Shown: positions 1 through 11,036, counted from the stretch's first letter. The stretch is DNA of 32,000 nucleotides from Aliivibrio fischeri ES114 (GCF_000011805.1 NC_006840.2), one strand, 5' to 3'. Notes: generated by a model from the sequence alone, not told the origin. Program-made: numbers and translations.

Positions 1-300
1 AAGATCACTTAATATATATAAGATCTTTTAAAGAGATCTTTTATTAGATCTATTATATAGATCGTCGATCTCTGTGGATAAGTGATAAATGATCAATAGG
101 ATCATATACTTTAGATGGATCCAAAGTTGTTATCTTTCTTTGATCTTCGATCGGACAGCTTGAGGACAAAAGAGTTAGTTATCCACAAGGGGGGAGGGCG
201 TTAGATCTTATTCAATGGATAACTATAACTTGATCACTGGATCTTTCTATAGTTATCCACATAGTAGGTATCATCTATTTAATAACTTTTATAGATCGGA
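1..300. other. oriC: Chromosomal replication origin oriC (left edge probably truncated by the window)
   Basis: AT-rich tandem 13-mers gatcttttaaaga (22-34), gatcttttattag (35-47), gatctattatata (47-59); perfect DnaA boxes TGTGGATAA 73-81, TTATCCACA 179-187 and 253-261; near-box aatggataa 214-222; 15 GATC sites; next to mioC. Confidence 0.96.
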
Positions 301-312
301 CAACACTTTTTA

Positions 313-747
313 TTAACAAATGTGTTGTTTTAGCCACAATTCTGCTGGTTCTTCAGGGATACTATTTTGAGTTACATCTATCTCTAATAGAGGGTACTTT
401 TCGATAGCGCCATGCTCTTTTAAGGTATTTTGAAGTGATTTTCCTGCTGCGCAGAAAGTGTCATAACTTGAATCACCGATAGCAACAACAGCAAATTCAA
501 CGCTCGATAATGGCTGAGTCACGCTTTCTAACTGTTGAATAAATGGTTTAATGTTGTCAGGGTAATCACCAGCACCGTGAGTTGATACAACGAGTAACCA
601 TAAGCTATCAATATCAATATCATCTAAATTTGGTTGATTATGAATATCGGTGGAAAAATCCATTTCTTCTAATAAATCAGCAAGATGGTCACCAACATAC
701 TCAGCACCACCTAGAGTGCTTCCTGTAATAATAGATACTTTTTTCAT
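313..747 (-). CDS. mioC: MioC flavodoxin-like protein
   Basis: 144 aa flavodoxin-like protein (MKKVSIITGSTLGGAEYV..., TVTSTHGAGDYPDN-like loop), adjacent to oriC and transcribed toward it. Confidence 0.95.
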   Translation of the reverse strand: MKKVSIITGSTLGGAEYVGDHLADLLEEMDFSTDIHNQPNLDDIDIDSLWLLVVSTHGAGDYPDNIKPFIQQLESVTQPLSSVEFAVVAIGDSSYDTFCAAGKSLQNTLKEHGAIEKYPLLEIDVTQNSIPEEPAELWLKQHIC

Positions 748-769
748 GAATTTATCCTATAAAAATATA

Positions 770-793
770 AAAAATGGGCCTACATAGGCCCAT
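770..793 (-). terminator. Rho-independent terminator after mnmE
   Basis: Minus strand ATGGGCC-tatgta-GGCCCAT followed by TTTTT. Confidence 0.8.
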
Positions 794-816
794 TATTAAT
801 CTTATTAATATTGGTT

Positions 817-2184
817 TTATTTACCAATACAGAATGAAGTAAATATACGTCCAAGTAAATCATCAGAGGTAAATTCACCGGTGATTTCACTTAAATGTTG
901 TTGTGCAATACGAAGTTCTTCTGCAAGGATTTCTCCCGCCATGTAACCTTCTAATTGTTGCTGACCTATATCGAGGTGTTGAGCTGCTTTTTCTAAGGCT
1001 TCTAGATGGCGTCGACGAGCCATAAAGCCACCTTCTTGGTTACCCGAGAAGCCCATGCACTCTTTTAAATGGTTACGCAGTGCATCAACCCCTTCACCTG
1101 TTTTTGCTGATAGGCGAATCAATGTAGGATCATTAACATGGCAAATACCGAGATCTTCACCGGTTTGATCCGCCTTGTTTCTGATCACTGTCATTCCCAT
1201 GTTTTTTGGTAGACGATCAAGGAATTCAGGCCAAATTAATTTAGGGTCTGTTGCGTCTGTTGTTGTTCCATCAACCATAAATAAAACGCGGTCAGCTTGG
1301 GCTATTTCATCCCAAGCTCTTTCAATACCAATACGTTCAACCTCATCAGACGCTTCACGAAGGCCTGCAGTATCAATAATATGCAATGGCATACCATCAA
1401 TATGAATGTGCTCTCTAAGCACGTCACGGGTTGTACCAGCTATGTCGGTAACGATAGCGGTATCTTTACCTGACAATGCGTTAAGAAGGCTAGATTTACC
1501 TGCATTTGGACGACCTGCGATAACAACCTTCATACCTTCACGCATGATGGCACCTTGGTTCGCTTCTTTACGAACCGCATTAAGGTTATCAATGATGCCT
1601 TGTAAATCACCACTGACTTTACCATCAGCAAGAAAATCGATTTCCTCTTCAGGGAAGTCGATTGCTGCTTCAACGTAAATACGTAGATAGATAAGCGATT
1701 CAACTAAGGTATTAATCTTATTTGAGAAAACACCTTGTAATGAATTTAAGGCTGATTTAGCCGCTTCTTCAGAGCTTGCATCAATTAAATCAGCAATCGC
1801 TTCTGCTTGAGCTAAATCCATTTTGTCGTTTAAGAAAGCTCTTTCTGAGAACTCTCCTGGACGTGCTGTACGGATACCATCAATCTTTAGAATGCGTTTG
1901 ATTAGCATATCCATGACGACAGGACCACCATGACCTTGAAGTTCTAATACGTCTTCACCGGTAAATGAATGTGGGTTTGGGAAGTAAAGAGCAATCCCCT
2001 GATCAAGCTCCAATCCATTTTCATCTTTAAATGGCGCATATTCTGCGTAACGAGGTTTTAGTTCTTTACCAATAACAGCAAGCGCAACGTCTTTTGCTTT
2101 TGGACCTGATACGCGAATGATGCCAACGCCGCCTCGGCCTGGTGCTGTTGCTTGTGCAACAATGGTGTCTGTATGTAGTGTCAT
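817..2184 (-). CDS. mnmE: tRNA uridine-5-carboxymethylaminomethyl(34) synthesis GTPase MnmE
   Basis: 455 aa; G motifs [21 protein letters not shown] and C-terminal CIGK. Confidence 0.97.
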
Positions 2185-2232
2185 GATTATTCTTTATGTC
2201 TATTGCTTACTGATATTGTATGCTCATTGAAC

Positions 2233-2258
2233 AAAAAAGGCGACCAATGGCCGCCTTT
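2233..2258 (-). terminator. Terminator hairpin between yidC and mnmE
   Basis: Minus strand AAAGGCG...CGCCTTTTTT stem-loop. Confidence 0.65.
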
Positions 2259-2280
2259 GTTTTACTTCAAGAGTGAAAGG

Positions 2281-3906
2281 TTACTTAGAATGTAAGCCTT
2301 TTTTCTCTAGAGCACGGTAAATCAGAGTTTGCTGAATTAACGTTACGATGTTTGATACTAACCAGTAAAGAACTAGGCCAGATGGGAACCATAAGAAGAA
2401 TACAGTGAACATAACAGGCATGAACGTCATGATCTTCTGTTGCATTGGATCCGTTACTGTTGTTGGGCTCATCTTCTGGATTAAGAACATACTTGCACCC
2501 ATTAATAATGGCAGGATGTAGTATGGGTCTTGTGCTGATAAATCCGTGATCCAACCAAAGAATGGAGTATGACGAAGTTCAACAGATTCCATTAATGCCC
2601 AGTACAGTGAAATGAAGATTGGCATTTGAAGAAGAATTGGTAAACAACCACCTAGTGGGTTTACTTTTTCTTTCTTGTAAAGCTCCATCATTTCTTGGCT
2701 CATACGCTGACGGTCATCGCCAATACGTTCACGCATCGCTGTCAACTTAGGTTGAAGCATACGCATTTTAGCCATTGATGTGTACTGTGCTTTCGTTAGT
2801 GGGTACATTGCACCACGAACGATGAAAGTAAGAACAATGATTGCTAGACCCCAGTTCACAACGATGCCTTGGATGAAAGACAATAGTTTATGAAGTGGTG
2901 AAGCGATAAACCATAACCAACCGTAATCAACAGTTAGGTCTAGGTAAGGTGCTGTAGCAGCCATTTCTTTCTGAAGTTTTGGACCTGTCCAAAGTGTTGC
3001 AGAAAGTGTTGCTTCTTGACCTGCTGGAATAGTTACAGAAGGCATACGAACACCAATGTAACCATAGTCACCTGCTACGCGAGATGTCAGTTTTGCATCA
3101 TTTACGTTGCGAGGAATCCAAGCTGAAGCGAAGTAGTGTTGTAGCATACCCGCCCAACCTTGACCGTTTGTCATGTCGATAGATAAGTTTTTATCTTCCA
3201 TGTCGTCAAAGCTGTATTTTTTATAGCGTGTATCTTCTGTTGAATAAGCTGCACCACGGTATGTTGGCATAGTAAGACTACCGCCATCATCCATTAAGTT
3301 TTGCTTTAGGTTTGTGTACATTTCAACAGTTGCTGGTGCTGAAGATTGGTTATCAACCGTGTAATCAACATCAATAGCGTAGCTGTCGCGTTTAAGGATT
3401 AGTGTTTTAGTATAAGTAATACCGTCTTTCACTAATGTTAAAGGAACACGTAATTCGTTTTGGCCTTCAGCTAAAACGTAATCTGTTTTTTGTGCTGTAA
3501 ATTGAGCACGACCAGAGTTTGAATCGATACCTTGAGGACCGATTAGACCACTTTGAGCAACGTAGCTGTGTGTTGCGTCGTTCTTAAGAAGAACAAATTT
3601 AGCTTTAGAGCCTAGTTCTGCGTCGTATTTATTAAGAACAGATTCAATGATGTCACCACCCAATGTATCTACTTTTAAAGTAAGCACATCAGTTGTGATT
3701 GTGATCAGCTTGTCAGACTGTGCTGAATCGGCTGGTGTATCACTGTTTGCTGTTGAAGAAGTTGGAACATCACCATCCGTTTGTGTTTGTTGAACGGTAC
3801 TAACTGTAGCTGGTTGCTGCGGATTAGTTTCTACTTGCCATTGTTGGAAAAGTAAAAAAGAAACTAAAGCCAGTGCGAGCAACAGAATATTACGTTGGGT
3901 ATCCAT
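2281..3906 (-). CDS. yidC: Membrane protein insertase YidC
   Basis: 541 aa; N-terminal [24 protein letters not shown]-terminal insertase core ([23 protein letters not shown]). Confidence 0.98.
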   Translation of the reverse strand: MDTQRNILLLALALVSFLLFQQWQVETNPQQPATVSTVQQTQTDGDVPTSSTANSDTPADSAQSDKLITITTDVLTLKVDTLGGDIIESVLNKYDAELGSKAKFVLLKNDATHSYVAQSGLIGPQGIDSNSGRAQFTAQKTDYVLAEGQNELRVPLTLVKDGITYTKTLILKRDSYAIDVDYTVDNQSSAPATVEMYTNLKQNLMDDGGSLTMPTYRGAAYSTEDTRYKKYSFDDMEDKNLSIDMTNGQGWAGMLQHYFASAWIPRNVNDAKLTSRVAGDYGYIGVRMPSVTIPAGQEATLSATLWTGPKLQKEMAATAPYLDLTVDYGWLWFIASPLHKLLSFIQGIVVNWGLAIIVLTFIVRGAMYPLTKAQYTSMAKMRMLQPKLTAMRERIGDDRQRMSQEMMELYKKEKVNPLGGCLPILLQMPIFISLYWALMESVELRHTPFFGWITDLSAQDPYYILPLLMGASMFLIQKMSPTTVTDPMQQKIMTFMPVMFTVFFLWFPSGLVLYWLVSNIVTLIQQTLIYRALEKKGLHSK

Positions 3907-3908
3907 CG

Positions 3909-4166
3909 TTATTGTTCTCTGTCTTTATGCTGCTTGGGTGGGACGGGGTCATAGCCCCCATCATTCAAAGGATGACATTTTAATAGACGTTTGCCAGATA
4001 GCCAACACCCTTTTACTAAACCGTGTGACTTTAGTGCTTCAATTGCATAATGTGAACACGTTGGAGTAAATCGACAGCGAGGTCCAATCATTGGACTGAT
4101 GACGAGTTGATAAAAACGGATAAGACCGATTGCTATCCACGAGAAGGGCGAGACAGGCGATGCCAT
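3909..4166 (-). CDS. yidD: Membrane protein insertion efficiency factor YidD
   Basis: 85 aa; [30 protein letters not shown] is typical YidD. Confidence 0.96.
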   Translation of the reverse strand: MASPVSPFSWIAIGLIRFYQLVISPMIGPRCRFTPTCSHYAIEALKSHGLVKGCWLSGKRLLKCHPLNDGGYDPVPPKQHKDREQ

Positions 4167-4489
4167 AATTTGTCTAATAGCTTGTTGAAGTCTTCGTTAC
4201 TCAATTCTTGAGCACTCTTTTTAGCGATAACTACAAAGTCTTTCGCAGGTAAGGAATGTTGCTTATTGCGGAAACTTTCACGAACGATACGTTTGAACTT
4301 GTTGCGACCAACAGCAGTTTTAATTTGCTTCTTAGGAACAGCGAGACCTAAACGAGGGTGTGAAAGAGAGTTTTCTCTAGCAAGAATGGTGAAATGAGGC
4401 GAGCCAGCTCGATGAGCTTGCTTGAAGACAAATTTGTAATCTTCGGGAGTTAACAAGCGTAACTCCCGAGAGAAATCGTAATTCATCAA
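4133..4489 (-). CDS. rnpA: Ribonuclease P protein component
   Basis: 118 aa; [29 protein letters not shown] motif; overlaps yidD by 34 nt. Confidence 0.96.
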   Translation of the reverse strand: MMNYDFSRELRLLTPEDYKFVFKQAHRAGSPHFTILARENSLSHPRLGLAVPKKQIKTAVGRNKFKRIVRESFRNKQHSLPAKDFVVIAKKSAQELSNEDFNKLLDKLWHRLSRPSRG

Positions 4490-4501
4490 AATAATCTAGG
4501 A

Positions 4502-4636
4502 TTACTTAGATAGACGCTTACGGCCTTTAGCACGACGAGCGTTAATTACGTTACGACCGTTCTTAGTAGCCATACGTGCACGGAAACCGTGAGAGCGTTT
4601 ACGCTTAAGAACTGAAGGTTGGAAAGTGCGTTTCAT
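4502..4636 (-). CDS. rpmH: 50S ribosomal protein L34 (absent from supplied ORF track)
   Basis: Manual translation: [44 protein letters not shown]. Confidence 0.98.
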   Translation of the reverse strand: MKRTFQPSVLKRKRSHGFRARMATKNGRNVINARRAKGRKRLSK

Positions 4637-4727
4637 TGGTATTACCTTATTACTGATCAGTAGTTATTAGGTTTAATTAAACCCGGCGTGGGACGTACAT
4701 TCCGACGCCTCTCAACAAAGAGGCGGA

Positions 4728-4756
4728 ATTGTAATCATTGACTCATAAATAGTCAA
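4728..4756 (-). promoter_or_regulatory. Sigma70-type promoter for rpmH
   Basis: Minus strand TTGACT (4756-4751), 17-nt spacer, TACAAT (4733-4728). Confidence 0.75.
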
Positions 4757-4821
4757 CAAGAGGTTCCACGTATTTTCCGGATGGTGAATTATACGTTTTG
4801 TGAGCCAGAGCGCAAGGATCT

Positions 4822-5559
4822 TTATTCGATCCCAACTTGATTTAAGAATTTCTGCAATTTAGGATCCTGTGGATAACCAAAAATTTGCTCTGGCGTTCCT
4901 TGTTCGACGATCTTTCCATCAGACATATAGATGACACGATCGGCCACTTCTCTTGCAAATTGCATCTCATGAGTGACCACTAGCATCGTTTGGTGCTGTG
5001 TAGCCAGTTTTTTCATTAAAGTTAGCACCTCATTAACCCATTCAGGATCCAGTGCTGACGTGGGCTCATCAAATAATAGTAGTTCAGCTTCTAATGCCAT
5101 AGCTCGGCCAATACCAACTCGTTGTTGTTGACCTCCAGATAAAGCAGCAGGGTAATTATCTCCTTTATCACCGAGTCCTATATCATCTAAAATTTGCTGT
5201 GCTTTTTTTAGAGCGTCGTCCTTTTTCCACTTGTGGACAGTTATTAGGCCTTCTGCAATATTCTGACGAGCAGTTAAATGTGCAAAAAGAGCGTAATTCT
5301 GGAAAATAAACCCTGTTTTTCTTCGCAAAGCCAACACATCACTTTTTGTGTGTTGTTCACTATCGACACTGACATCACCGATACTGATCACGCCTTTATT
5401 TGCTGTTTCAAGAAAATTAATACAACGAAGCAGAGTGGATTTACCTGTTCCACTAGAACCGATAACAGCAATGATCTCTCCTTTGTTTATTTCAAGATCG
5501 ATTCCTGCAAGAACTTGAGTGTCGCCAAAGCTCTTATGTAAGTTTTTAACTTTTATCAT
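4822..5559 (-). CDS. Polar amino-acid ABC transporter ATP-binding protein
   Basis: Walker A GSSGTGKST, signature LSGGQQQR, Walker B LLLFDEPTSALDPE; GlnQ/TcyN-type length and context. Confidence 0.93.
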   Translation of the reverse strand: MIKVKNLHKSFGDTQVLAGIDLEINKGEIIAVIGSSGTGKSTLLRCINFLETANKGVISIGDVSVDSEQHTKSDVLALRRKTGFIFQNYALFAHLTARQNIAEGLITVHKWKKDDALKKAQQILDDIGLGDKGDNYPAALSGGQQQRVGIGRAMALEAELLLFDEPTSALDPEWVNEVLTLMKKLATQHQTMLVVTHEMQFAREVADRVIYMSDGKIVEQGTPEQIFGYPQDPKLQKFLNQVGIE

Positions 5560-6227
5560 CGTACATACGCCTTATTTAGTTTTTCTTCGGCCCAAATCTG
5601 TACTCGAGTCAGAATAACGACGACTCCCCAATAAATAAGTGCTACCGCAAGGAAAGCTTCAAAGAACTTAAAGCTAGATGAGGCTTCCATTTGTGCTTTT
5701 GCCATGATTTCTGCAACACCTAAAGTAAAAGCTAGAGAGGTAGATTTGATCATATCAATGAAGTAATTCATTAAAGAAGGCAGAGCGACGCGAGTTGCTT
5801 GAGGTAAAATTATGCGTCGCATTGCTTGAGATGTTGTCATCCCAATAGAAAGACTGGCTTCCATTTGGCTACGGTCAATACCAATAATAGCCGCACGAAT
5901 GCTCTCAGCCATGTAGGCTGCAAAATGAAGAGTAAGGCCTATAACTGCGGCACTAAATGCATCTAATCCTACAAAGATAGGAAAGACTTGAGGAAGTCCG
6001 TAATAAAGGAGGAAAAGCTGCACTAATAATGGCGTTCCTCGAAAGAAGCTAATATAGAGTTGGCTTAGTTGATCAAATACAGGCACTTTAAATACTCGTA
6101 AGTTAGCGAGTACTAACGCAAGGGCTAAGGAAAAGAGTAATCCCCATAACGCCATTTCCATTGTGGTACCTAAATATTTAAATAATATAGGTAACAACTC
6201 AATCATGTAGGTAAAATCAAATCCCAT
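5556..6227 (-). CDS. Polar amino-acid ABC transporter permease
   Basis: HisM/TcyL-like membrane protein; 4-nt overlap with the ATPase gene; EAA-loop-like ESIRAAIIGIDRSQMEASLSIGM. Confidence 0.92.
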   Translation of the reverse strand: MGFDFTYMIELLPILFKYLGTTMEMALWGLLFSLALALVLANLRVFKVPVFDQLSQLYISFFRGTPLLVQLFLLYYGLPQVFPIFVGLDAFSAAVIGLTLHFAAYMAESIRAAIIGIDRSQMEASLSIGMTTSQAMRRIILPQATRVALPSLMNYFIDMIKSTSLAFTLGVAEIMAKAQMEASSSFKFFEAFLAVALIYWGVVVILTRVQIWAEEKLNKAYVR

Positions 6228-6283
6228 AATGCTCTCTGTAATTATTTTTAGAAGTAAAGTGGGTAATTCAAAGAAAGATGAAA

Positions 6284-6303
6284 CCCACTAGTAATATAGT
6301 GGG
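6284..6303 (-). terminator. Intra-operon hairpin (possible attenuator) between binding-protein and permease genes
   Basis: CCCACT-agtaatat-AGTGGG; minus strand is followed by TTT. Confidence 0.45.
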
Positions 6304-6351
6304 CTTATTTGATGAATGGTGAGTAATCGCTTACTTTGCGATCAGATTAGC

Positions 6352-7104
6352 TTATTGAGTGATGTCTGAATCGAACCATTTCTGAGAGATTTTTGCTAAT
6401 GTACCATCCTCTCTCATGGCGTTTAATGCTTGATTCACTTCTTTTTGTAGCTTTTGGCCTTTTTCATTGTTTACAAATGGCCATGCATTCTCAATGGTTT
6501 CAAATGGTTTACCAGCTAGTTGCAAAGGAAGACCAGATTTCTTGATTAATTGAGCTGCAGAAAGTCGATCCATCACAAAAGCGTCTGCACGTCCTAAAGC
6601 AACATCATGCTCAATACCTGTATCGTATGTTTTGATATTGATTTGCTCTGATTTGTCGTGATCACGCAGTAATTTCTCAAAGTTTGAACCTAAATTAACG
6701 GCAACGGTTTTACCATTTAAATCATCAATGCTTTTGATGCTGTCATTGCCTTTACGCACCGTAATTTGCGCACCATCTACGACATAAGGGTCAGCAAATA
6801 GATACTTTGCTTCACGTTCTTTGGTTTTGGTAATTTGATTTGAAATCGTATCAATTCGCCCCGTTTCTAATAAGCCGAAAAGACCTGAAAAGCTAGCAGT
6901 TACGTACTCAACGTTATAATCGTTGCGGCGACCAATCTCATCCCATAAATCGACTTCAAATCCTTGCAGTTTATCTTGCTTAACAAAGGTAAATGGAAAA
7001 TAGCGTCCTGACATCCCCACTTTTACTTCTGTTGCTGCTTGTGCAAATTGAGTGGTTGCTAATGTTAGTGCTAATCCTGCGAGGATATTCTTCGTCCATT
7101 TCAT
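6352..7104 (-). CDS. Amino-acid (cystine-like) ABC transporter periplasmic binding protein
   Basis: Signal peptide MKWTKNILAGLALTLATTQFAQA; family 3 solute-binding-protein pattern GFEVDLWDEIGRR. Confidence 0.9.
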   Translation of the reverse strand: MKWTKNILAGLALTLATTQFAQAATEVKVGMSGRYFPFTFVKQDKLQGFEVDLWDEIGRRNDYNVEYVTASFSGLFGLLETGRIDTISNQITKTKEREAKYLFADPYVVDGAQITVRKGNDSIKSIDDLNGKTVAVNLGSNFEKLLRDHDKSEQINIKTYDTGIEHDVALGRADAFVMDRLSAAQLIKKSGLPLQLAGKPFETIENAWPFVNNEKGQKLQKEVNQALNAMREDGTLAKISQKWFDSDITQ

Positions 7105-7264
7105 GATTGATACTCCTATTATTCATTCAGTATTAGGATGATACTTTTTTTGCGACTGAGCTCTAAATACCCGATGGTTATGTGTAATAACTAAATCATT
7201 AAATTATGATCATTTTTTCCGCATTGTTGATGGTTTTGGGTATAAGTCAGGTAAAAAGTGTGTT

Positions 7265-7353
7265 GATCTAGGTAAAAAAGCGTGATCAGTGTGAATAACT
7301 TCGATCTTATTCACTGGATCATCGATCTAACACTGGCACTATAGTTATCCACA
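7265..7353. promoter_or_regulatory. dnaA upstream regulatory region with consensus DnaA box
   Basis: Perfect TTATCCACA at 7345-7353, plus five GATC sites (about 7265-7327) upstream of dnaA. Confidence 0.75.
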
Positions 7354-7400
7354 GTATAAAATTAACGACCTTTTGAAATTAATTATGAGTGGGGTTGTCC

Positions 7401-8810
7401 GTGTCTTCATCGCTTTGGCTTCAGTGTTTACAGCGCCTTCAAGAAGAATTACCTTCCGCAGAATTCAGTATGTGGGTTAGACCACTACAAGCAGAATTAA
7501 ATGACAATACCCTAACGCTATTTGCACCGAATCGATTTGTACTCGATTGGGTACGTGATAAGTACTTAAATAGCATTAACTCATTATTAAATGAGTTCTG
7601 TGGTAATGATATTCCTACCTTACGTTTTGAGGTGGGGAGTAAACCTGTATCTGCTCCTGCTGTACCAAAGCAGACTGCTGCTGATGTTGCTGCGGCAACT
7701 TCGGCTCCAGCGCAGCTTCAAGCGCGTCAATCTGTCCATAAACCTTGGGAATCTGAGGGTGCAGGCCCTGTTGCTGCGGATCTAAACCATCGCTCAAACG
7801 TCAACCCTAAGCATAAATTTACTAACTTTGTTGAAGGTAAATCGAACCAACTTGGTTTGGCGGCTGCACGTCAGGTTTCTGATAACCCTGGTACAGCTTA
7901 TAACCCTCTCTTTTTATATGGTGGAACGGGTTTAGGTAAAACGCACTTATTGCACGCAGTCGGTAATGCTATTGTTGATAGTAAGCCGGATGCTCGAGTG
8001 GTTTATATGCACTCTGAGCGTTTTGTTCAAGATATGGTTAAAGCATTGCAAAATAATGCGATTGAAGAATTCAAACGTTATTACCGTAGTGTTGATGCTT
8101 TGCTTATCGATGATATTCAATTCTTCGCAAATAAAGAGCGTTCTCAAGAAGAGTTTTTTCATACCTTTAATGCGTTGCTTGAAGGTAATCAACAAATCAT
8201 TCTTACGTCAGATAGATACCCTAAAGAAATTAATGGGGTTGAAGATCGTCTTAAGTCTCGTTTTGGTTGGGGTCTTACAGTTGCGATTGAACCGCCAGAA
8301 TTAGAAACCCGCGTTGCTATCTTGATGAAGAAAGCAGAAGATCACCAAATTCATTTAGCGGATGAAGTTGCCTTCTTTATTGCTAAGCGCTTACGTTCAA
8401 ATGTACGTGAATTAGAAGGGGCATTAAATCGTGTTATTGCGAATGCCAATTTTACTGGTCGTGCAATTACGATTGATTTTGTACGTGAAGCATTACGTGA
8501 TTTATTAGCGTTACAAGAAAAGCTAGTTACGATTGATAATATTCAAAAAACTGTTGCTGAGTACTATAAGATCAAAATGGCGGATTTATTATCTAAACGT
8601 CGTTCTCGTTCTGTTGCTCGTCCACGTCAACTTGCAATGGCGCTGTCAAAAGAGTTAACTAACCACAGCTTACCTGAGATTGGTGATGCGTTTGGTGGTC
8701 GTGACCATACGACGGTGTTACATGCTTGCCGTAAGATTGCGCAACTTCGCGAAGAAAGTCATGATATTAAAGAAGATTATTCTAATTTAATTCGTACATT
8801 GTCATCGTAA
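7401..8810 (+). CDS. dnaA: Chromosomal replication initiator protein DnaA (GTG start favoured at 7401; ORF track opens at 7389)
   Basis: [32 protein letters not shown] start; AAA+ [13 protein letters not shown]; C-terminal [14 protein letters not shown]. Confidence 0.97.
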
Positions 8811-8842
8811 GCCATAACCTACTTTATATATAGACGAGTATT

Positions 8843-9943
8843 ATGAAATTTTCTATTGAACGCAGTCTGTTACTAAAACCACTGCAACAAGTATCTGGTG
8901 CCCTTGGTGGCCGTCCATCACTGCCTATTTTAGGAAATATCTTACTTCAGGTTGAAAATGGTCAGTTGTCGATGACAGCAACCGATCTGGAAGTTGAGTT
9001 AATCAGCAAAATTACTCTAGAAGGCGATTTTGAAGCAGGTGCAGTTACTGTTCCTTCTCGTAAGTTTTTAGATATTTGTCGTGGTTTGCCTGATAGTGCG
9101 AACATTACCATTGTATTAGAAGGTGATCGTGTTTTAGTTCGTTCAGGACGTAGCCGATTCACTCTTGCTACATTACCTGCAAATGATTTTCCAAACATCG
9201 AAGGTTGGGAGAGTGAAGTTGAAATTACACTTTCTCAAGCACAACTGCGCAAGTTAATTGAAAGTACTCAATTCTCTATGGCTAACCAAGATGTTCGCTA
9301 TTACCTAAATGGTATGATGTTTGAAACTCAAGGTAATATTTTCCGTTCGGTTGCAACAGATGGTCACCGAATGGCGGTATGTAATATGCCGGTTGAATCT
9401 GAATTACCAGAGCAACAAGTGATCATGCCACGCAAAGGTATTCAAGAGCTAGTTCGCTTACTTGACTCACCCGAACAGAGTGTTACTTTACAGTTTGGTA
9501 ATTCAAATGTGCGTGCAGAAGTGAATAACTTTGTCTTCACTTCTAAGCTTGTTGATGGTCGTTTCCCTGATTATCGACGCGTAATGCCACAAAGTAGTAA
9601 TAAAACGCTTGAAGCGGATTGTGATGAACTGCGTCAAGCATTTGCGCGTGCAGCGATTTTATCAAATGAAAAGTTCCGTGGTGTTCGTGTTAATTTAGCA
9701 AATAACCAAATGCGTATTACAGCGAATAACCCTGAACAAGAAGAAGCGGAAGAGATCCTAGATGTGGATTTCCAAGGCGATGATATCGAAATTGGCTTTA
9801 ACGTAAGCTATGTATTAGATGTTCTGAATACTCTAAAATGTGAGCGTGTGCGAATTTCAATGACAACAGCTAATGCCAGTGCGTTAGTGGAAGATTGTGC
9901 TAATGATGAAGCACAATACGTTGTTATGCCAATCCGTCTGTAG
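8843..9943 (+). CDS. dnaN: DNA polymerase III beta subunit (sliding clamp)
   Basis: 366 aa; MKFSIERSLLLKPLQQVSGALGGRPSLPILGNILLQ; C-terminal YVVMPIRL. Confidence 0.98.
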   Translation: MKFSIERSLLLKPLQQVSGALGGRPSLPILGNILLQVENGQLSMTATDLEVELISKITLEGDFEAGAVTVPSRKFLDICRGLPDSANITIVLEGDRVLVRSGRSRFTLATLPANDFPNIEGWESEVEITLSQAQLRKLIESTQFSMANQDVRYYLNGMMFETQGNIFRSVATDGHRMAVCNMPVESELPEQQVIMPRKGIQELVRLLDSPEQSVTLQFGNSNVRAEVNNFVFTSKLVDGRFPDYRRVMPQSSNKTLEADCDELRQAFARAAILSNEKFRGVRVNLANNQMRITANNPEQEEAEEILDVDFQGDDIEIGFNVSYVLDVLNTLKCERVRISMTTANASALVEDCANDEAQYVVMPIRL

Positions 9944-9956
9944 ATTTTAACCGTCG

Positions 9957-11036
9957 ATGCCATTATCTCGTTTAATCATTAATGATTTTCGTAATATAAC
10001 GACGTGTGATATTCAATTATCATCCGGCTTTAACTTTGTTATTGGCCCTAATGGCAGTGGAAAAACCAGTGTCCTTGAAGCGATTTATTTGCTCGGGCAT
10101 GGGCGTTCATTTAAGAGCTCGTTAACAGGTCGAATTATTCGAAATGACTGTGACGAGCTTTTTATTCATGGACGATTTACCACTCCAGAGCAGTTTGAAT
10201 TACCTATTGGTATAAATAAACAGCGCGATGGCACAACTGAGGTTAAAATAGGCGGAGAAAGTGGTCAAAAACTGGCACAATTAGCTAAAGTTTTACCACT
10301 TCAATTGATTCACCCTGAAGGGTTTGAATTAGTTACTGATGGCCCTAAATTTCGTCGAGCATTTATTGATTGGGGAGTGTTTCACGTGGAACCTGCATTT
10401 TATGATGCATGGAGCCGAGTGAAGCGATTAACCAAGCAACGAAATGCATTATTAAAAACGGCAAATAGCTATCGGGAATTGAGTTACTGGGATTTGGAAC
10501 TTGCCCAATTGTCTGAGAAGATTGATCAGTGGCGAGTGGATTACATCAATCACATATCTGAAGCAACTCAACAAATATGTCAGGCATTCTTACCAGAATA
10601 TGACATAAAGCTGTCATACTATCGCGGTTGGGATAGAGAAACCCCATACGCAGAATTGCTCAAGAAGAACTTTGAGCGTGATAAACAGCTGGGCTATACC
10701 GTTGGCGGCCCAAATAAAGCCGACTTAAGAATTAAAGTTGCAGGCACTCCTGTTGAGGATGTGTTGTCTCGCGGTCAACTTAAGTTGATGGTGTGTGCAT
10801 TACGATTAGCACAAGGACAACATTTAACTGAGGCAACAGGAAAGCAGTGCATCTATTTAATAGACGATTTTGCTTCTGAACTGGATAGCCATCGTCGCCA
10901 ATTGCTGGCTCAATATTTGAAACAGACAAAGGCGCAGGTGTTTATTAGTTCGATTACTGCTGAACAGATTGCAGATATGCATGATGATGAAAGCAAGATG
11001 TTCGAGATTGAACATGGCAAAATAGCCCAAGGATAA
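9957..11036 (+). CDS. recF: DNA replication/repair protein RecF
   Basis: 359 aa; [14 protein letters not shown], Walker [11 protein letters not shown]-terminal [10 protein letters not shown]. Confidence 0.97.
   Translation: MPLSRLIINDFRNITTCDIQLSSGFNFVIGPNGSGKTSVLEAIYLLGHGRSFKSSLTGRIIRNDCDELFIHGRFTTPEQFELPIGINKQRDGTTEVKIGGESGQKLAQLAKVLPLQLIHPEGFELVTDGPKFRRAFIDWGVFHVEPAFYDAWSRVKRLTKQRNALLKTANSYRELSYWDLELAQLSEKIDQWRVDYINHISEATQQICQAFLPEYDIKLSYYRGWDRETPYAELLKKNFERDKQLGYTVGGPNKADLRIKVAGTPVEDVLSRGQLKLMVCALRLAQGQHLTEATGKQCIYLIDDFASELDSHRRQLLAQYLKQTKAQVFISSITAEQIADMHDDESKMFEIEHGKIAQG

Noticed and set aside
1175-1678. Two plus-strand ORFs antisense to mnmE (76 and 90 aa)
   Set aside because: Fully inside a strongly supported gene on the other strand, with no family match or convincing ribosome-binding site.
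4699-4729. Strong hairpin read at first as an rpmH leader structure
   Set aside because: The predicted rpmH promoter (-10 at 4733-4728) places transcription start inside it, and no T run follows on either strand, so neither leader nor intrinsic terminator is supported.
7591-8304. Several ORFs overlapping dnaA on both strands (64, 60, 82 and 112 aa)
   Set aside because: Frame shadows of dnaA; low-complexity or unlikely compositions.
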